A stretch of 64,000 nucleotides of DNA from Acidobacteriota bacterium (lineage in GTDB: Bacteria; Acidobacteriota; Blastocatellia; RBC074). The DNA lies in assembly GCA_018268995.1 (NCBI GenBank), contig JAFDVL010000097.1, positions 4,395 to 68,394 of the forward strand. The letters run 5' to 3'. The notes beneath the pieces were generated by a model that did no database searches, was not told the DNA's origin, and was given only the letters and a program-made list of their open reading frames with translations. The position numbers and the translations under genes are program-made. Numbering within the stretch: position 1 is the first letter of the stretch; every line of letters begins with the position of its first letter. Below are positions 48,867 to 59,783 of the stretch, in pieces.

Positions 48867-51800
48867 ATGTTTTCGCACGCCCTGGCGAAATCCTTTGCGC
48901 TTGTCGTTTTTTCCCTTTTTCTCCTCTGTAACACAACAACAATCACCGCTCAGACATTTTCTGATCCCGGCTTTGCCTCTGATCTGGTTGCAACCTTGCC
49001 CGTTTACAAACCTGTCGGGCTGACATTTGCGCCGGATGGGCGAATGTTCATCTGGCAGGAAAATGGCATTGTCCGCGTCTACAAAAACGGTGTTTTGCTG
49101 ACAACGCCGTTTCTGGATATTTCGTCACGGGTCAATGCGGTTGGAGATCGTGGATTGATGGGCCTGGCATTAGACCCGAACTTTGCCACGAATGGCTATG
49201 TGTATCTCTATTACACCTATGAGCCGAATGGAAACCCGAATGATGTTGGTGCAAAGACCTTACGACTCACGCGCGTGAAAGCCGATCCCGCGAATCCTGA
49301 TGTTGCATTAGCCAACAGTGAAACCGTGATTTTGGGAAGCTCAACCACGGCTCCGTGCGCGCAAAATACCGATTGCATCAGCAGCGATTCTGATTCGCAC
49401 ATTGGCGGCACGCTTCGTTTTGGGTTGGATGGCAAACTTTATCTCAGCACAGGCGATGGTGCTTCGTATTCGTTTGAAGACCCACTGGCCCTGCGGAGCC
49501 AGAGCCTGAGTTCGCTCAACGGCAAGATTCTACGCATCAATACCGATGGAACTGCGCCGAGCGACAATCCATTTTATGACGGCACCAATTCGGTGAAATC
49601 AAAAATCTATGCCTATGGATTTCGTAATCCGTATCGGTTTGCGATTCATCCCACAACGGGCGAAGTTTTGGTGGCGGATGTCGGCTGGGCCGCATACGAA
49701 GAAGTCAATCGTGGACGCGGCGCGAATTTCGGTTGGCCTTGTTTTGAAGGCGATAGTCCACAGGTAAGTTATCAGTCGAAATTTCCTTCCACCTGCGGTG
49801 CCATTCCTGCCAGTTCGGTAACCAAGCCGATCTATTTTTACGGGCATAGCGTAGGGCAAGCCATCATCGGCGGCCCTGTGTATTCGGCCACTCAGTTTCC
49901 GGCAGCCTATCGTGGCAATATGTTTTTCTCGGATTATTCCAGCCAGTGGATCAAGCGGCTGGTTTTTGATGCCAGTGGCAACGTCAGCAATGTGCAGACG
50001 TTTGCAACCGGCACGGGCGGCATTGTTTCGATGGAACAAGGACGCGATGGTGCGTTGTATTACATTGTTTTGGAAACCGGGCAAGTTCGCCGAATTCGTT
50101 ATGCCAGCGCTCCGACTGCGGCCATTACTGCCACGCCCACGACCGGTGCATCACCATTGGCTGTGAGCTTTTCCAGCGCAGGTTCAAGCGACCCGAATAA
50201 TCTGGCATTGACCTATCTGTGGGATTTTGGCGACGGCACAACTTCGACGCAGGCGAATCCGGTTCATACCTACACCTCGGCGACTTACACCACATTTACG
50301 GCGAAGCTGACGGTGACGAACAGCAGCAATGGGACTGCTTCGGCGACTGTGACCGTCTCTGTGGGCAATCGCCCGCCCGTCGCGACGATTACCGCCCCAA
50401 CCAATGGCACCGTAGCGCGTCCGGGCGATACGATTACTTATCGCGGCACGGCAAGCGATCCCGATGAAACTTTGTCGGCTAATGCAATGAGCTGGCAATT
50501 GCTGTTGCATCACGATGATCACGTACATCCCTATCAAGCTGTTACGGGGGCCAGCGGCAGTTTTGTGGTCGAAGATCACGGCGCGGGAACCTTTTATTAT
50601 GAGATTCTGTTGACAGTGACCGACAGTCGCGGCGCTACCAACACGAAATCTGTGAATGTGAATGTCGCCAGCAGTAACACCAGCACGATGACATATTTAA
50701 GCGATCTGAACTGGGCTTCGGCCACGAATGGCTGGGGGCCAGTCGAAAAAGATCGCAGCAATGGCGAACAGGGAGCGACTGATGGCAGAACGATTGCGCT
50801 GAACGGCGTCACGTACCAAAAAGGTCTGGGCGTTCACGCAAACTCGGATGTGCGTTTTGCCTTGAACGGGGCATATAAAACGTTTGCTGCCGATGTCGGC
50901 GTAGACGATGAGGTGGGCAGCTACGGCTCCGTTGTCTTTCAAGTGTACGCTGATGGCACGTTGCTCTATGACAGCGGCACGATGCTTGGCTCATCTGCTA
51001 CAAAACAACTAAGCGTAGATGTCACAGGCCGCAACGAATTACGCTTGTTTGTTTCGACCGCAGGCGACAACGATTGGTATGATCACGCTGACTGGGCGAA
51101 TGCGCGTCTGCTCACTGGCGCAACGCAAAACACGCCGCCAACCGTGAGTCTGACTGCGCCCGTCAACAATGCTTCGTTTACCGCTCCGGCGAATATCACG
51201 ATTACCGCCAATGCCGCCGACAGCGATGGCACGATCAGCCGGGTGGAGTTTTATCAAGGCTCGACTTTGATTGGGACAGATACATCCAGTCCGTACGCGT
51301 TCACCTGGAATAGCGTTGGGGCAGGGAATTACACGCTTTCAGCCAAAGCCTTCGACAATTCTGGTGCCGCGACAACGTCGGGAACCGTAAACATCACAGT
51401 CAATGCCCCCTCGAACGCTGCCCCAAGCGCAAGCATCACTGCACCCACGAATAATGCTGTGTTTACAGCTCCGGCGAGTATCACGATCAATGCCAATGCG
51501 GGCGATAGCGATGGCATGGTTGCGAAAGTCGAGTTTTACAACGGCTCGACCTTGCTCGGTACTGATACGCTTGCGCCGTATTCCTTCACCTGGGCGAATG
51601 TGGCGGCAGGGACATATGCCCTGACCGTCAAAGCCACCGATGATCGCGGCGCGGTGACGACTTCCAGCGTTGTGAACATCACGGTGAATGCTCCTGTCAG
51701 CGGCTTGCCTGCGCCGTGGCAGAAGCAGGATGTCGGCGGTGTGGGCGTAGCCGGAGACACGACCTATGCCAATGGACAGTTCACGCTGAAAGGTTCCGGT

Positions 51801-52253
51801 TCTGACATCTGGGACTTCAGCGATAGTTTCCATTTCGTCTGGCAGCCGCTGGCCCGCGATGGCGAAATCGTGGCGCGTGTCGTGAACGTGCAAAACACCG
51901 ATGCGTGGGCCAAATCGGGCGTGATGATTCGCAGCAGTCTGGCCGCCAATGCGCCCTATGCTGCGATGCTGATTACGCCCAGCCGAGGACTGAGCTATCA
52001 ATGGCGGTACTTTATCAATGGCAATAGCGGCAGCCAGAATAGCAGCGCCGCTACCGTGCCGAGATGGGTACGACTTGTGCGGCAGGGAGAGAATCTGAGC
52101 GGCTATACATCCACTGATGGTGTGACCTGGACGTTGCTGCAAACACAAACCATTCCTGATTTGCCGGGCACGGTGTACATCGGGTTAGCCGTAACATCGC
52201 ATAACAACGGAATGCTTTGTACGGCGACGTTTGATAATGTCGTGGTGAAATAG
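48867..52253 (+). CDS. Secreted multidomain protein: PQQ-dependent sugar (glucose/sorbosone) dehydrogenase beta-propeller + PKD + NPCBM-like + two Ig-like repeats + concanavalin-like C-terminal domain
   Basis: It has a signal peptide. Propeller motifs are [62 protein letters not shown] and GFRNPYRF. The PKD domain reads [11 protein letters not shown]. The NPCBM-like domain reads [25 protein letters not shown]. Confidence 0.85.
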   Translation: MFSHALAKSFALVVFSLFLLCNTTTITAQTFSDPGFASDLVATLPVYKPVGLTFAPDGRMFIWQENGIVRVYKNGVLLTTPFLDISSRVNAVGDRGLMGLALDPNFATNGYVYLYYTYEPNGNPNDVGAKTLRLTRVKADPANPDVALANSETVILGSSTTAPCAQNTDCISSDSDSHIGGTLRFGLDGKLYLSTGDGASYSFEDPLALRSQSLSSLNGKILRINTDGTAPSDNPFYDGTNSVKSKIYAYGFRNPYRFAIHPTTGEVLVADVGWAAYEEVNRGRGANFGWPCFEGDSPQVSYQSKFPSTCGAIPASSVTKPIYFYGHSVGQAIIGGPVYSATQFPAAYRGNMFFSDYSSQWIKRLVFDASGNVSNVQTFATGTGGIVSMEQGRDGALYYIVLETGQVRRIRYASAPTAAITATPTTGASPLAVSFSSAGSSDPNNLALTYLWDFGDGTTSTQANPVHTYTSATYTTFTAKLTVTNSSNGTASATVTVSVGNRPPVATITAPTNGTVARPGDTITYRGTASDPDETLSANAMSWQLLLHHDDHVHPYQAVTGASGSFVVEDHGAGTFYYEILLTVTDSRGATNTKSVNVNVASSNTSTMTYLSDLNWASATNGWGPVEKDRSNGEQGATDGRTIALNGVTYQKGLGVHANSDVRFALNGAYKTFAADVGVDDEVGSYGSVVFQVYADGTLLYDSGTMLGSSATKQLSVDVTGRNELRLFVSTAGDNDWYDHADWANARLLTGATQNTPPTVSLTAPVNNASFTAPANITITANAADSDGTISRVEFYQGSTLIGTDTSSPYAFTWNSVGAGNYTLSAKAFDNSGAATTSGTVNITVNAPSNAAPSASITAPTNNAVFTAPASITINANAGDSDGMVAKVEFYNGSTLLGTDTLAPYSFTWANVAAGTYALTVKATDDRGAVTTSSVVNITVNAPVSGLPAPWQKQDVGGVGVAGDTTYANGQFTLKGSGSDIWDFSDSFHFVWQPLARDGEIVARVVNVQNTDAWAKSGVMIRSSLAANAPYAAMLITPSRGLSYQWRYFINGNSGSQNSSAATVPRWVRLVRQGENLSGYTSTDGVTWTLLQTQTIPDLPGTVYIGLAVTSHNNGMLCTATFDNVVVK
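51134..51695 (+). repeat. Tandem duplication (2 x about 282 nt) encoding Ig-like modules inside the CDS
   Basis: The first unit reads [57 protein letters not shown]. The second reads [57 protein letters not shown]. Confidence 0.8.
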
Positions 52254-52625
52254 TTCAGCCTCAAAAGAGGGGTTTGACCATTTGGTTAGGGGGGAAGCGG
52301 CATATTGCGAGCTTGCCCCTCTATCTATCTCTTGTAAACGCGCCATCGGTAACAATAGCTTTCCTCACAATTCCGACACATTTGACTCGCCTCGAAGGCT
52401 GTTTTTCCTACACAACATTCAACTATGGGTGGATTCCGCCTGGAATTGACTGCCCATTCGTTCTGTTAGGGCTATGCCCTGCGTTGTGCCGTCCGCTGCA
52501 TCAATGCGGGCGGCGGTCTTCCAAATTTCCAGGTGTTCTGGCTTCTCCGACCGGGATTGGTGATAAGAAAAACAGAAATGTCGCGCATCACCCTTGTGCG
52601 CCCACAATCATTCAGGTTTTTGTTT

Positions 52626-55600
52626 ATGCGTAGCTTCTCCCTCACCCGTCCTCTCAAAATCGCATTCCTTGTTTTTGTGTCTTTGTTGCTGAGTCTTGCG
52701 GCCAGTGCGTTTACGCCGTTGGGCCGACGCGTGGCGGCTGGCATTTTGCCAGCTGCGCCTAAATTGAAAACGAGGACTTTCGGGACAACCCGATTGAACG
52801 CGCGACCTGCTCCTGCCCTGGACTTGCTGGCTGGACTGAATGGGGTTGGTTTAGAGGCGACAGGTTTGGCCGCCCGTCCCGCCGGATTGGCAGTGGTGCC
52901 CGTCGGACCGTTGGCAATCACGGCGTCCAGCACCGCCACTCAACTTACCGGCATCGCCAACCCGTTCAACGGTGTGGATGTCGGTTTCCGGGCGGCTCTG
53001 ACCTTTGCCGACCTCGCCGCAGTGCTGGGGAATTTCGACGGCACGCTGTTCAACTACCTCAACGCTATGCCGCACGACGCCATTCTGAAGTACCGTAGCG
53101 GTGCTGCCTCCCCAACGGGAGCGCTCGACGTGGGCGATTATTCGGCCCCGGTGCTGGGCGACCTGGACGGCGATGGCGACCTCGACCTCGTCGTGGGGGA
53201 AAACAACGGCACGGTGCTGTACTTCCGCAACACGGGCACGACGACCGCCCCGGCGTTTGCCCAGCAGACCGGCGCAGCTAACCCGTTCAATGGCATCAGC
53301 GTCGGCATGCATGCGGCTCCGGCGTTGGGCGACGTGGACGGCGACGGCGACCTCGACCTGATCCTTGGGGCGTTGTTCAACGGGCTGCGCTACTACAAGA
53401 ACACGGGAACATCGTTGGCCCCGACCTTCGTGCTGCAAACCAGCCCGATTACCGGTCTGGCGTCCAACAACAGCTACACGTCCCCGGCGCTGGCAGACCT
53501 GGACGGCGACGGCGACCTCGACCTCACCATCGGAAATGTGGACGGTGTTTTGCGGTACTTCAAAAACACCGGAACGGCGACCGCACCGGCCTACACCGAG
53601 CAAACCATGAGCCCTGGCTACCCTTTCCCTACCTTCAGCGTGGGGAATCTTGCCAGGCCCGCGTTCGGGGATGTGGATGGCGACGGCGACCTTGACCTCG
53701 TTGTGGGGAGTTATGATGCCGGTCCCATTGGCAGCTTTTACTTTAAGAACACCGGGACGGCGACCGTCCCCGCCTACACGCAGCAGCCCAACGTGTCCGG
53801 CCAGTTTTTCAATGAGATCGGATTCGTGTTCACTTTATCCCCGGCACTCGCGGACACGGACGCCGATGGCGACGTTGACATGGTCATGGGGAATTTCGAG
53901 GGAAAGCTGTTTTACTGCCAGGCGAACCGCTCGCCGGTCGTGGACAACGCGATTCCCGACCAGACACTCACTGGCCCGGGAACGCTCAGCTATGTTGTGC
54001 CGGCTGACCGGTTTCTAGATCGAGACCGCGATACCCTGACTTATTCCGCCAGGTTGACCAACGGAAATCCCTTGCCGACGTGGCTGAACTTCACCGCCGC
54101 CACACGGACATTCAGCGGCAACCCCAGCACCACCGCCGTGACACCGCTTCAGATTCGCGTGACGGCTGCCGACGGCGATGGCAGGACCGCCTCCGACGAT
54201 TTTCAACTGACTTTATCCGCCGTCAACGATGCGCCCGTGATCACGCAGGGAGCCTCAGTGTCAGTCACCATGTCTGAGGACGGCAGCCCGACGCCCTTCG
54301 GCTTAACGCTGAATGCCGCCGATGCTGATGGCGACACGCTCACCTGGAGTATTGCAACCCCGGCCATGAATGGCACCGCAACGGCAACGGGAATCGGCAC
54401 GTCGAAAGCGATTAGCTACACGCCGAATCCCAATTTCAACGGGCCGGACAGCTTTGCGGTGCAAGTTTCGGACGGCAACGGCGGCACTGACTCCATCACG
54501 GTGAACGTGACGGTTCAGCCGGTGAACGATCCACCGACGATGGTTTCAGCCGGAGGCCCTTACTCGATCCTTGAAGGACAGGGGGTAACTCTTTCCGCGT
54601 CCGCGACTGACCCCGATGGCGACACACTTAGTTACAGTTGGGACATCAATGGCGACGGCACGTTCGGCGACGCGACCGGGCAGAATCCGACGCTCAGTTG
54701 GACGCAACTCAGCGCGCTTGGGATCAACGACGGACTTGCGACGCGCAACGTCAAGGTGCGCGTCACTGATACTGCAAGTCCGGCGGTTGATTCGGGGGCC
54801 ACGACGCTGACGATCAACAATGCACCGCCGACGCTGATGCTCAGCGGGGCGTCTTCAGTATCAGTAGGTCAAACCTATACACTCAATCTTTCGCCGAACG
54901 ATCCTGGGCAAGACACCATTTCAAGCTGGACGATTAACTGGGGCGACGGTTCTTCCCCCCAGGTCGTTTCAGGAAACCCGTCGAATGTTACGCATTCCTA
55001 TCTTGCAACGGGTAACTTCACCATCAGCGCAACCGCCACCGATGAGGACGGCACATACGCCGCAGACAATACAGTAGCCGTCATGGTCACCTGCACCAGC
55101 AATCCCGTGGTCGTTAACGGCAATGACAGCGGCGCGGGCAGTTTGCGCCAAGCCATTACCATCGCCTGTCCGGGCAGCACGATCACCTTTGCGAATGGAA
55201 TTAATCTCATCACACTGACTTCGGGCGAACTGGTCATCAACAAGAATCTGACGATTCAGGGGCCGGGCGCGAATCTGCTGACCATTCAGCGCAGCACGGC
55301 GATGGGCACGCCCCATTTTCGTATCTTCGCTATCAGCAATGTGACAGCCACGATTTCCGGCCTGACCATGACGAACGGCAATGCGGATGGCGGCGGGGCT
55401 GGCTTCATAAATTCCGGCAACCTGACAGTTACTGACTGCCTGATCACAGGCAACACGACCAGTAACGGGGGCGCTGGTTTTGCCAATAAAGCCACGCTGA
55501 TGATGACGGGTTGTACGATCAGTAACAACAGCTCGACCAGCATTGGGACGGGTGGGATATGGAATCTGGGTGACGCTGCTCCCACCGTCGCGACATTGAT

Positions 55601-58600
55601 CAATTGCACCATCAGCGGCAATACAACCGCCCCCACCGCAGGCCAAACAGGCGGTGGCATTGATAATACCTCCGTTACTTTTCCCGCTACCGTCACCTTG
55701 ATTAATTGTACGGTTGCAAATAACACCGTTGGCAGTAATACGAATGGCGGAGGACTGTATAGCGGGAAGTTCGGCTCGTTTAATGCCAGCATCCAGCTCA
55801 AAAACACCATCGTTGCCAATAACACCGCCCCGCAAGTGCGGCAAGATATGGGCGGAACGATCACTTCGCAAGGCTTCAACCTAATTTCCGACACCAGCTT
55901 GATGGCAGTTGCAGGTGACCTACTTAGCACCAACCCATTACTTGCGCCTCTTGGTAATTACGGTGGTTCGACACCGACGCATCATTTGCTGCCCGGCTCG
56001 CCTGCGATTGACGCGGGCGGTGCGGCCAATGATCCCGTCAGCGGCAATCCCCTCACCACCGATCAGCGCGGCTTTGCACGTCCGGTTGATCTCAGCATTG
56101 CCAATGCGACGAACGGGAATGGCTCCGACATCGGCGCGTACGAAGTCGCTGCCAGCTCATCTGATTGTACGACTGCGCCCGCAAATTTGACGGCGTGGTT
56201 TCCGGCAGATGCCAATGCCAATGACATCAAGAGCGGCAACGTGGGCACGCTCAACGGCACGGCGATGATTGATACGTCTATTGCAGGACGTGTGGGCGCG
56301 GGGGCATTCAGTTTCCCCGGTCTCGATGCAGCGTATGTTTCCGTTCCCGACAATGCCTCGCTCAATGTGGGCACAGGCGATTTCTCGCTTGATGCGTGGA
56401 TCAAACTGAATGACGCCGATAAGGCACCCGTGCGCACGATCCAGGACAAACGGATCAATGCGGCCACTGGCGCACCGACGGGCTATCACTTCTTTGTCGC
56501 GCAGGATTTCCTGGGCATTCAACTCGGCGATGGCACCGGCTACAGCAATTTCGTTGCCACGACCGGCGATGTTGCCGATGGCAACTGGCATCACGTTACC
56601 GCGACCGTGGATCGGGATTCCACTACGGGCGGCAAACTCTATGTGGATGGCGCGCTCGTGCTGACGTTCAATCCGACCGCTCGCGCTGGCTCGCTCAGCA
56701 ACTCGGAAGAGTTTCGCATTGGTGGTCGCCATGCCATCGGCAGCGCGAATTTCAAAGGCTACATTGATGAAGTCGAACTTTTCACGCGCGTGCTGACACA
56801 GGCCGAAGTGTTGGCGCTTTCGGATGCGAGCTATGCGGGCAAAGGAAAATGCTACGCCAACCTCGCGCTCACGAAGACGGATAACAGCAACACCGCCGTC
56901 GCGGGCAACAACATCACGTACACGATTCAGATCACAAACAACGGGCGCAGCGATGTCACAGGCGCAAGCGTCACCGACAACCTGCCTGCCAGCCTGAGCG
57001 GCGCATCATGGACGTGTACAGGTACAACAGGCGCAAGTTGCACTGCGATGGGCAGTGGCAATATCAGCGACACGGTGACAATCCCTGCGGGCGGCAACGT
57101 CACCTACACCCTGCAAGCCATCCTCGACGCCAATGCCACCGGGATGCTGGAAAATACGGCAAGCGTCGCCGCGCCGAGCGGTGTGCTGGAGTTGGACGGC
57201 ACGAATAACAGCCAAAAGGACACCGATACGATTCTCATTCCGACGACCACCACGCCGCTGATGGCACAAACCCTCTGCGCGGGCGGTACGGTGCAGTTCT
57301 CGACCACAGCTTCCGGCAGTGGCCCGTTCATGTTTGTCTGGAAAAAAGGGACGACAGTGCTGATGAGCGGCATCACAAACAACGCCAATACGAGCATGCT
57401 GACGCTCACCAACGTGCAGGTAGCGGATAGTGATACCTATAGCGTCGAGGTCACAGGCGCGGCCAACGCGGCCCTGCAAAGCGCACCACTGATGGTCAAT
57501 GCGCTGCCACCAACGCCCATGATCAGCGGCAATCTCAGTTTCTGCACTGGTGGCAGCACGACCTTGACTGCGACCGGGACGGGTACGTTTATGTGGTTCA
57601 AGGACAACATGCTCATCCCCGGACAAAACAGCAACATGCTGACGGTGACGGAAGCAGGCAGCTACACCGTCAAAGTCACCGACGCCAATAGCTGTGCGTC
57701 GGCGACTTCCCAACCCGCTGTTGTCACGGTCAATGCGAACCCGGTGCCCATCATTGATGGCCCAACGGAAGTCTGCGCTAATGCGACCAACCTGAGCTTC
57801 AGCGGCAATGGCGGCGCGTCTTCCTATGCCTGGGAAATTACCGACGGCAACGGCTCCATTGTGGGTTCTACCACCAGTCAGTTCGTCAACATCACGGCGG
57901 GTGCGAGCGGTTCCTTCACCCTTAAACTGACCCTCACCAATGGCTTTGGCTGCCCGGCTTCGATCACCAAAGTCGTGACGATCAAACCAGTCCCGACCGT
58001 CAATCCGGTCACCCCTTCCGCGATTTGCAGCGGCAGCTTGACCAACATCGCGCTCACCGGGACGGCAGACGCGTCCTTCAGTTGGACGGCCAGTTTGCAC
58101 AGCGGCAATGTGACGGGCTTCAGCGGTGGGATGGGGGCGACCATTGCGCAAACCCTGACGGGCAGTGGCGTCGTCAAATACTCCGTCACCGCCACACTCA
58201 ACGGCTGTCCGAGCGCTCCCGTTGAGATTTTGCAAACCGTCAATGCCCAGCCCACCATCTCGAATCCAAGTGAGCAGATTGTGTTGCAGGGCGGCACGGC
58301 GACTTTTTCCGTCACGCCGGGGGGGACGCCCACGCCGACCGTGCAGTGGTTTGTCTCGACCGATGGCGGCACGACGTTCACGCCGCTCCAGGGCCAAACC
58401 AATGCGACGCTCACCCTCGCCAATGTCACGCTGGCGATGAATGGCAATCTCTATCGGGCGGTCGCCGACAATGGTTGCCAGCCCGCCACCAGCACCGCTG
58501 CACGCCTGACGGTCAATACGCTCAAAGTGGATGTGGGCGATCCGTTACTGTGCCTCTCGGCCAATGGACTGGTTGGCGTGACCGCGACGATCACCAATAA

Positions 58601-59747
58601 CAATGCGGCTCCGGTCAATGCCAGCTTCACCGCCACGCTGCCCACGACCTTGACGGGCTTGCCGGGGACGGGGCTGGCCTCCATCAATCCGGGCGGCATC
58701 AACGTCACGGCAGCGGCAGTCACCTGGACGGGGACGGTTCCCGCGAGCACGACGGTTATCATCACCTACAAAGCGCAAGTCGCAGCAGGGACTCCGGCCA
58801 ATATGCCGATCTGTATAGATTCCGAAGTGGTCTTCAACGGCGGCCCCAGAGGCACGGTGCAGGAATGCAAAGTGCTCGGCTGCCCGGCAGGCCCGGTCAA
58901 TGTGCAGGTGAGCGATCAGAAGGCCGGATCGCTACTGGTCTTCCCCTATTACACCTCCAAAGCCTCGACCAAGGCCGACACCCGGATGACGATCAGCAAC
59001 ATCGGCGAAAACGTGGCGACTATCCATCTCTTCTTTATTGACGGCGCGACGTGCGCGCAAAGCGATACGTTCCTGTGCCTGACGCCGAATGCGAGCTTCG
59101 CCTTCAAGGCCTCGGAGTTCGATGCCGAGACGACGGGCTGGTTGCTGGCGTTTGCGGTAGATCAGCAAGGCCGTCCCATCCAATACAACGGCTTGATTGG
59201 CAATGCGTTCGTGACGGATGGCGAGTACGTGGACAACTACGGGGCCGAATCGTTCCGCGCGAATTCGCCGCTGGTGGCAACGATTGCGGACAATCGGGCG
59301 ACGCTGTTCTTTGACAATAACAGCTACGATGCGGTGCCGAATCAGTTGGCGGTGGAAATCCAAAGCCCGGTGGATGCAGTGGGGCAGAAGCTGGTGACAG
59401 TGGGCTTGCAAGGCGATCTGACCCAGAGCCGGATGACGGGAGCGGCGCAGGTCGGGACGGGCCAGTTGATCAACGGGAATGAGAAGCCGTTCGGCAGTTT
59501 CAGTGCGTGGTTGAATGGCAGTTGTCAGGCGGTGGGCCTGATCAGTGCCAGCACTCCACGAGTGCCGAACGGGCTGAGCGGGATGATTCCGACGGGACAA
59601 GTCGGGACGCTACGCTTCAACCTCGGAGCCGGAGTCGGCGTGCTGATGACGCCGCGCACAACAAATTGGAAGGGCATTCGCACGCTGCACAAAACGGGAC
59701 TGACTACGACCACGATCACTATCCCTGTGGTAGTTCCTGTTTGTTAA
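52626..59747 (+). CDS. Giant (2374 aa) secreted mosaic surface protein: FG-GAP/VCBS repeats, cadherin-like and PKD domains, CSLREA-type parallel beta-helix, LamG, DUF11 and Ig-like repeats, and an unrecognised C-terminal domain
   Basis: ATG 52626 gives the signal peptide MRSFSLTRPLKIAFLVFVSLLLSLAASA. Five GD(L/V)DGDGDLDL...Y(F/Y)(R/K)NTGT units are present. Other domain markers are NDAPV, DPDGDTLSYSWDINGDGTFGD, GAGSLRQAITIACPGSTITF, LamG-like GNWHHVTATVD...GKLYVDGALV, and DUF11-like LALTKTDNSNTAVAGNNITYTIQITNNG. Confidence 0.85.
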   Translation: MRSFSLTRPLKIAFLVFVSLLLSLAASAFTPLGRRVAAGILPAAPKLKTRTFGTTRLNARPAPALDLLAGLNGVGLEATGLAARPAGLAVVPVGPLAITASSTATQLTGIANPFNGVDVGFRAALTFADLAAVLGNFDGTLFNYLNAMPHDAILKYRSGAASPTGALDVGDYSAPVLGDLDGDGDLDLVVGENNGTVLYFRNTGTTTAPAFAQQTGAANPFNGISVGMHAAPALGDVDGDGDLDLILGALFNGLRYYKNTGTSLAPTFVLQTSPITGLASNNSYTSPALADLDGDGDLDLTIGNVDGVLRYFKNTGTATAPAYTEQTMSPGYPFPTFSVGNLARPAFGDVDGDGDLDLVVGSYDAGPIGSFYFKNTGTATVPAYTQQPNVSGQFFNEIGFVFTLSPALADTDADGDVDMVMGNFEGKLFYCQANRSPVVDNAIPDQTLTGPGTLSYVVPADRFLDRDRDTLTYSARLTNGNPLPTWLNFTAATRTFSGNPSTTAVTPLQIRVTAADGDGRTASDDFQLTLSAVNDAPVITQGASVSVTMSEDGSPTPFGLTLNAADADGDTLTWSIATPAMNGTATATGIGTSKAISYTPNPNFNGPDSFAVQVSDGNGGTDSITVNVTVQPVNDPPTMVSAGGPYSILEGQGVTLSASATDPDGDTLSYSWDINGDGTFGDATGQNPTLSWTQLSALGINDGLATRNVKVRVTDTASPAVDSGATTLTINNAPPTLMLSGASSVSVGQTYTLNLSPNDPGQDTISSWTINWGDGSSPQVVSGNPSNVTHSYLATGNFTISATATDEDGTYAADNTVAVMVTCTSNPVVVNGNDSGAGSLRQAITIACPGSTITFANGINLITLTSGELVINKNLTIQGPGANLLTIQRSTAMGTPHFRIFAISNVTATISGLTMTNGNADGGGAGFINSGNLTVTDCLITGNTTSNGGAGFANKATLMMTGCTISNNSSTSIGTGGIWNLGDAAPTVATLINCTISGNTTAPTAGQTGGGIDNTSVTFPATVTLINCTVANNTVGSNTNGGGLYSGKFGSFNASIQLKNTIVANNTAPQVRQDMGGTITSQGFNLISDTSLMAVAGDLLSTNPLLAPLGNYGGSTPTHHLLPGSPAIDAGGAANDPVSGNPLTTDQRGFARPVDLSIANATNGNGSDIGAYEVAASSSDCTTAPANLTAWFPADANANDIKSGNVGTLNGTAMIDTSIAGRVGAGAFSFPGLDAAYVSVPDNASLNVGTGDFSLDAWIKLNDADKAPVRTIQDKRINAATGAPTGYHFFVAQDFLGIQLGDGTGYSNFVATTGDVADGNWHHVTATVDRDSTTGGKLYVDGALVLTFNPTARAGSLSNSEEFRIGGRHAIGSANFKGYIDEVELFTRVLTQAEVLALSDASYAGKGKCYANLALTKTDNSNTAVAGNNITYTIQITNNGRSDVTGASVTDNLPASLSGASWTCTGTTGASCTAMGSGNISDTVTIPAGGNVTYTLQAILDANATGMLENTASVAAPSGVLELDGTNNSQKDTDTILIPTTTTPLMAQTLCAGGTVQFSTTASGSGPFMFVWKKGTTVLMSGITNNANTSMLTLTNVQVADSDTYSVEVTGAANAALQSAPLMVNALPPTPMISGNLSFCTGGSTTLTATGTGTFMWFKDNMLIPGQNSNMLTVTEAGSYTVKVTDANSCASATSQPAVVTVNANPVPIIDGPTEVCANATNLSFSGNGGASSYAWEITDGNGSIVGSTTSQFVNITAGASGSFTLKLTLTNGFGCPASITKVVTIKPVPTVNPVTPSAICSGSLTNIALTGTADASFSWTASLHSGNVTGFSGGMGATIAQTLTGSGVVKYSVTATLNGCPSAPVEILQTVNAQPTISNPSEQIVLQGGTATFSVTPGGTPTPTVQWFVSTDGGTTFTPLQGQTNATLTLANVTLAMNGNLYRAVADNGCQPATSTAARLTVNTLKVDVGDPLLCLSANGLVGVTATITNNNAAPVNASFTATLPTTLTGLPGTGLASINPGGINVTAAAVTWTGTVPASTTVIITYKAQVAAGTPANMPICIDSEVVFNGGPRGTVQECKVLGCPAGPVNVQVSDQKAGSLLVFPYYTSKASTKADTRMTISNIGENVATIHLFFIDGATCAQSDTFLCLTPNASFAFKASEFDAETTGWLLAFAVDQQGRPIQYNGLIGNAFVTDGEYVDNYGAESFRANSPLVATIADNRATLFFDNNSYDAVPNQLAVEIQSPVDAVGQKLVTVGLQGDLTQSRMTGAAQVGTGQLINGNEKPFGSFSAWLNGSCQAVGLISASTPRVPNGLSGMIPTGQVGTLRFNLGAGVGVLMTPRTTNWKGIRTLHKTGLTTTTITIPVVVPVC
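53100..53930 (+). repeat. Five ~170-180-nt periodic FG-GAP/VCBS coding repeats with near-identical GAC-GGC-GAC-CTC-GAC cores
   Basis: Core copies gac(c/g)tggacggcga(t/c)ggcgacctcgacct(c/g) lie at about 53161, 53331 and 53498. More diverged copies lie at about 53670 and 53852. Confidence 0.8.
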
Positions 59748-59783
59748 TGGCGCAATCGCTGTGATTGGGAAAACGCGCCAGCG

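Noticed and set aside
57006-58397. 463-aa minus-strand ORF, plus other long antisense ORFs at 51339-52148, 52851-53603, 54969-55871, 55286-55933 and 58932-59600
   Set aside because: All are fully embedded antisense in the two giant + strand genes, whose translations show clear domain signatures. The antisense translations are Arg/Gly/Ala-rich low-information sequence, typical of GC-rich out-of-frame reading.
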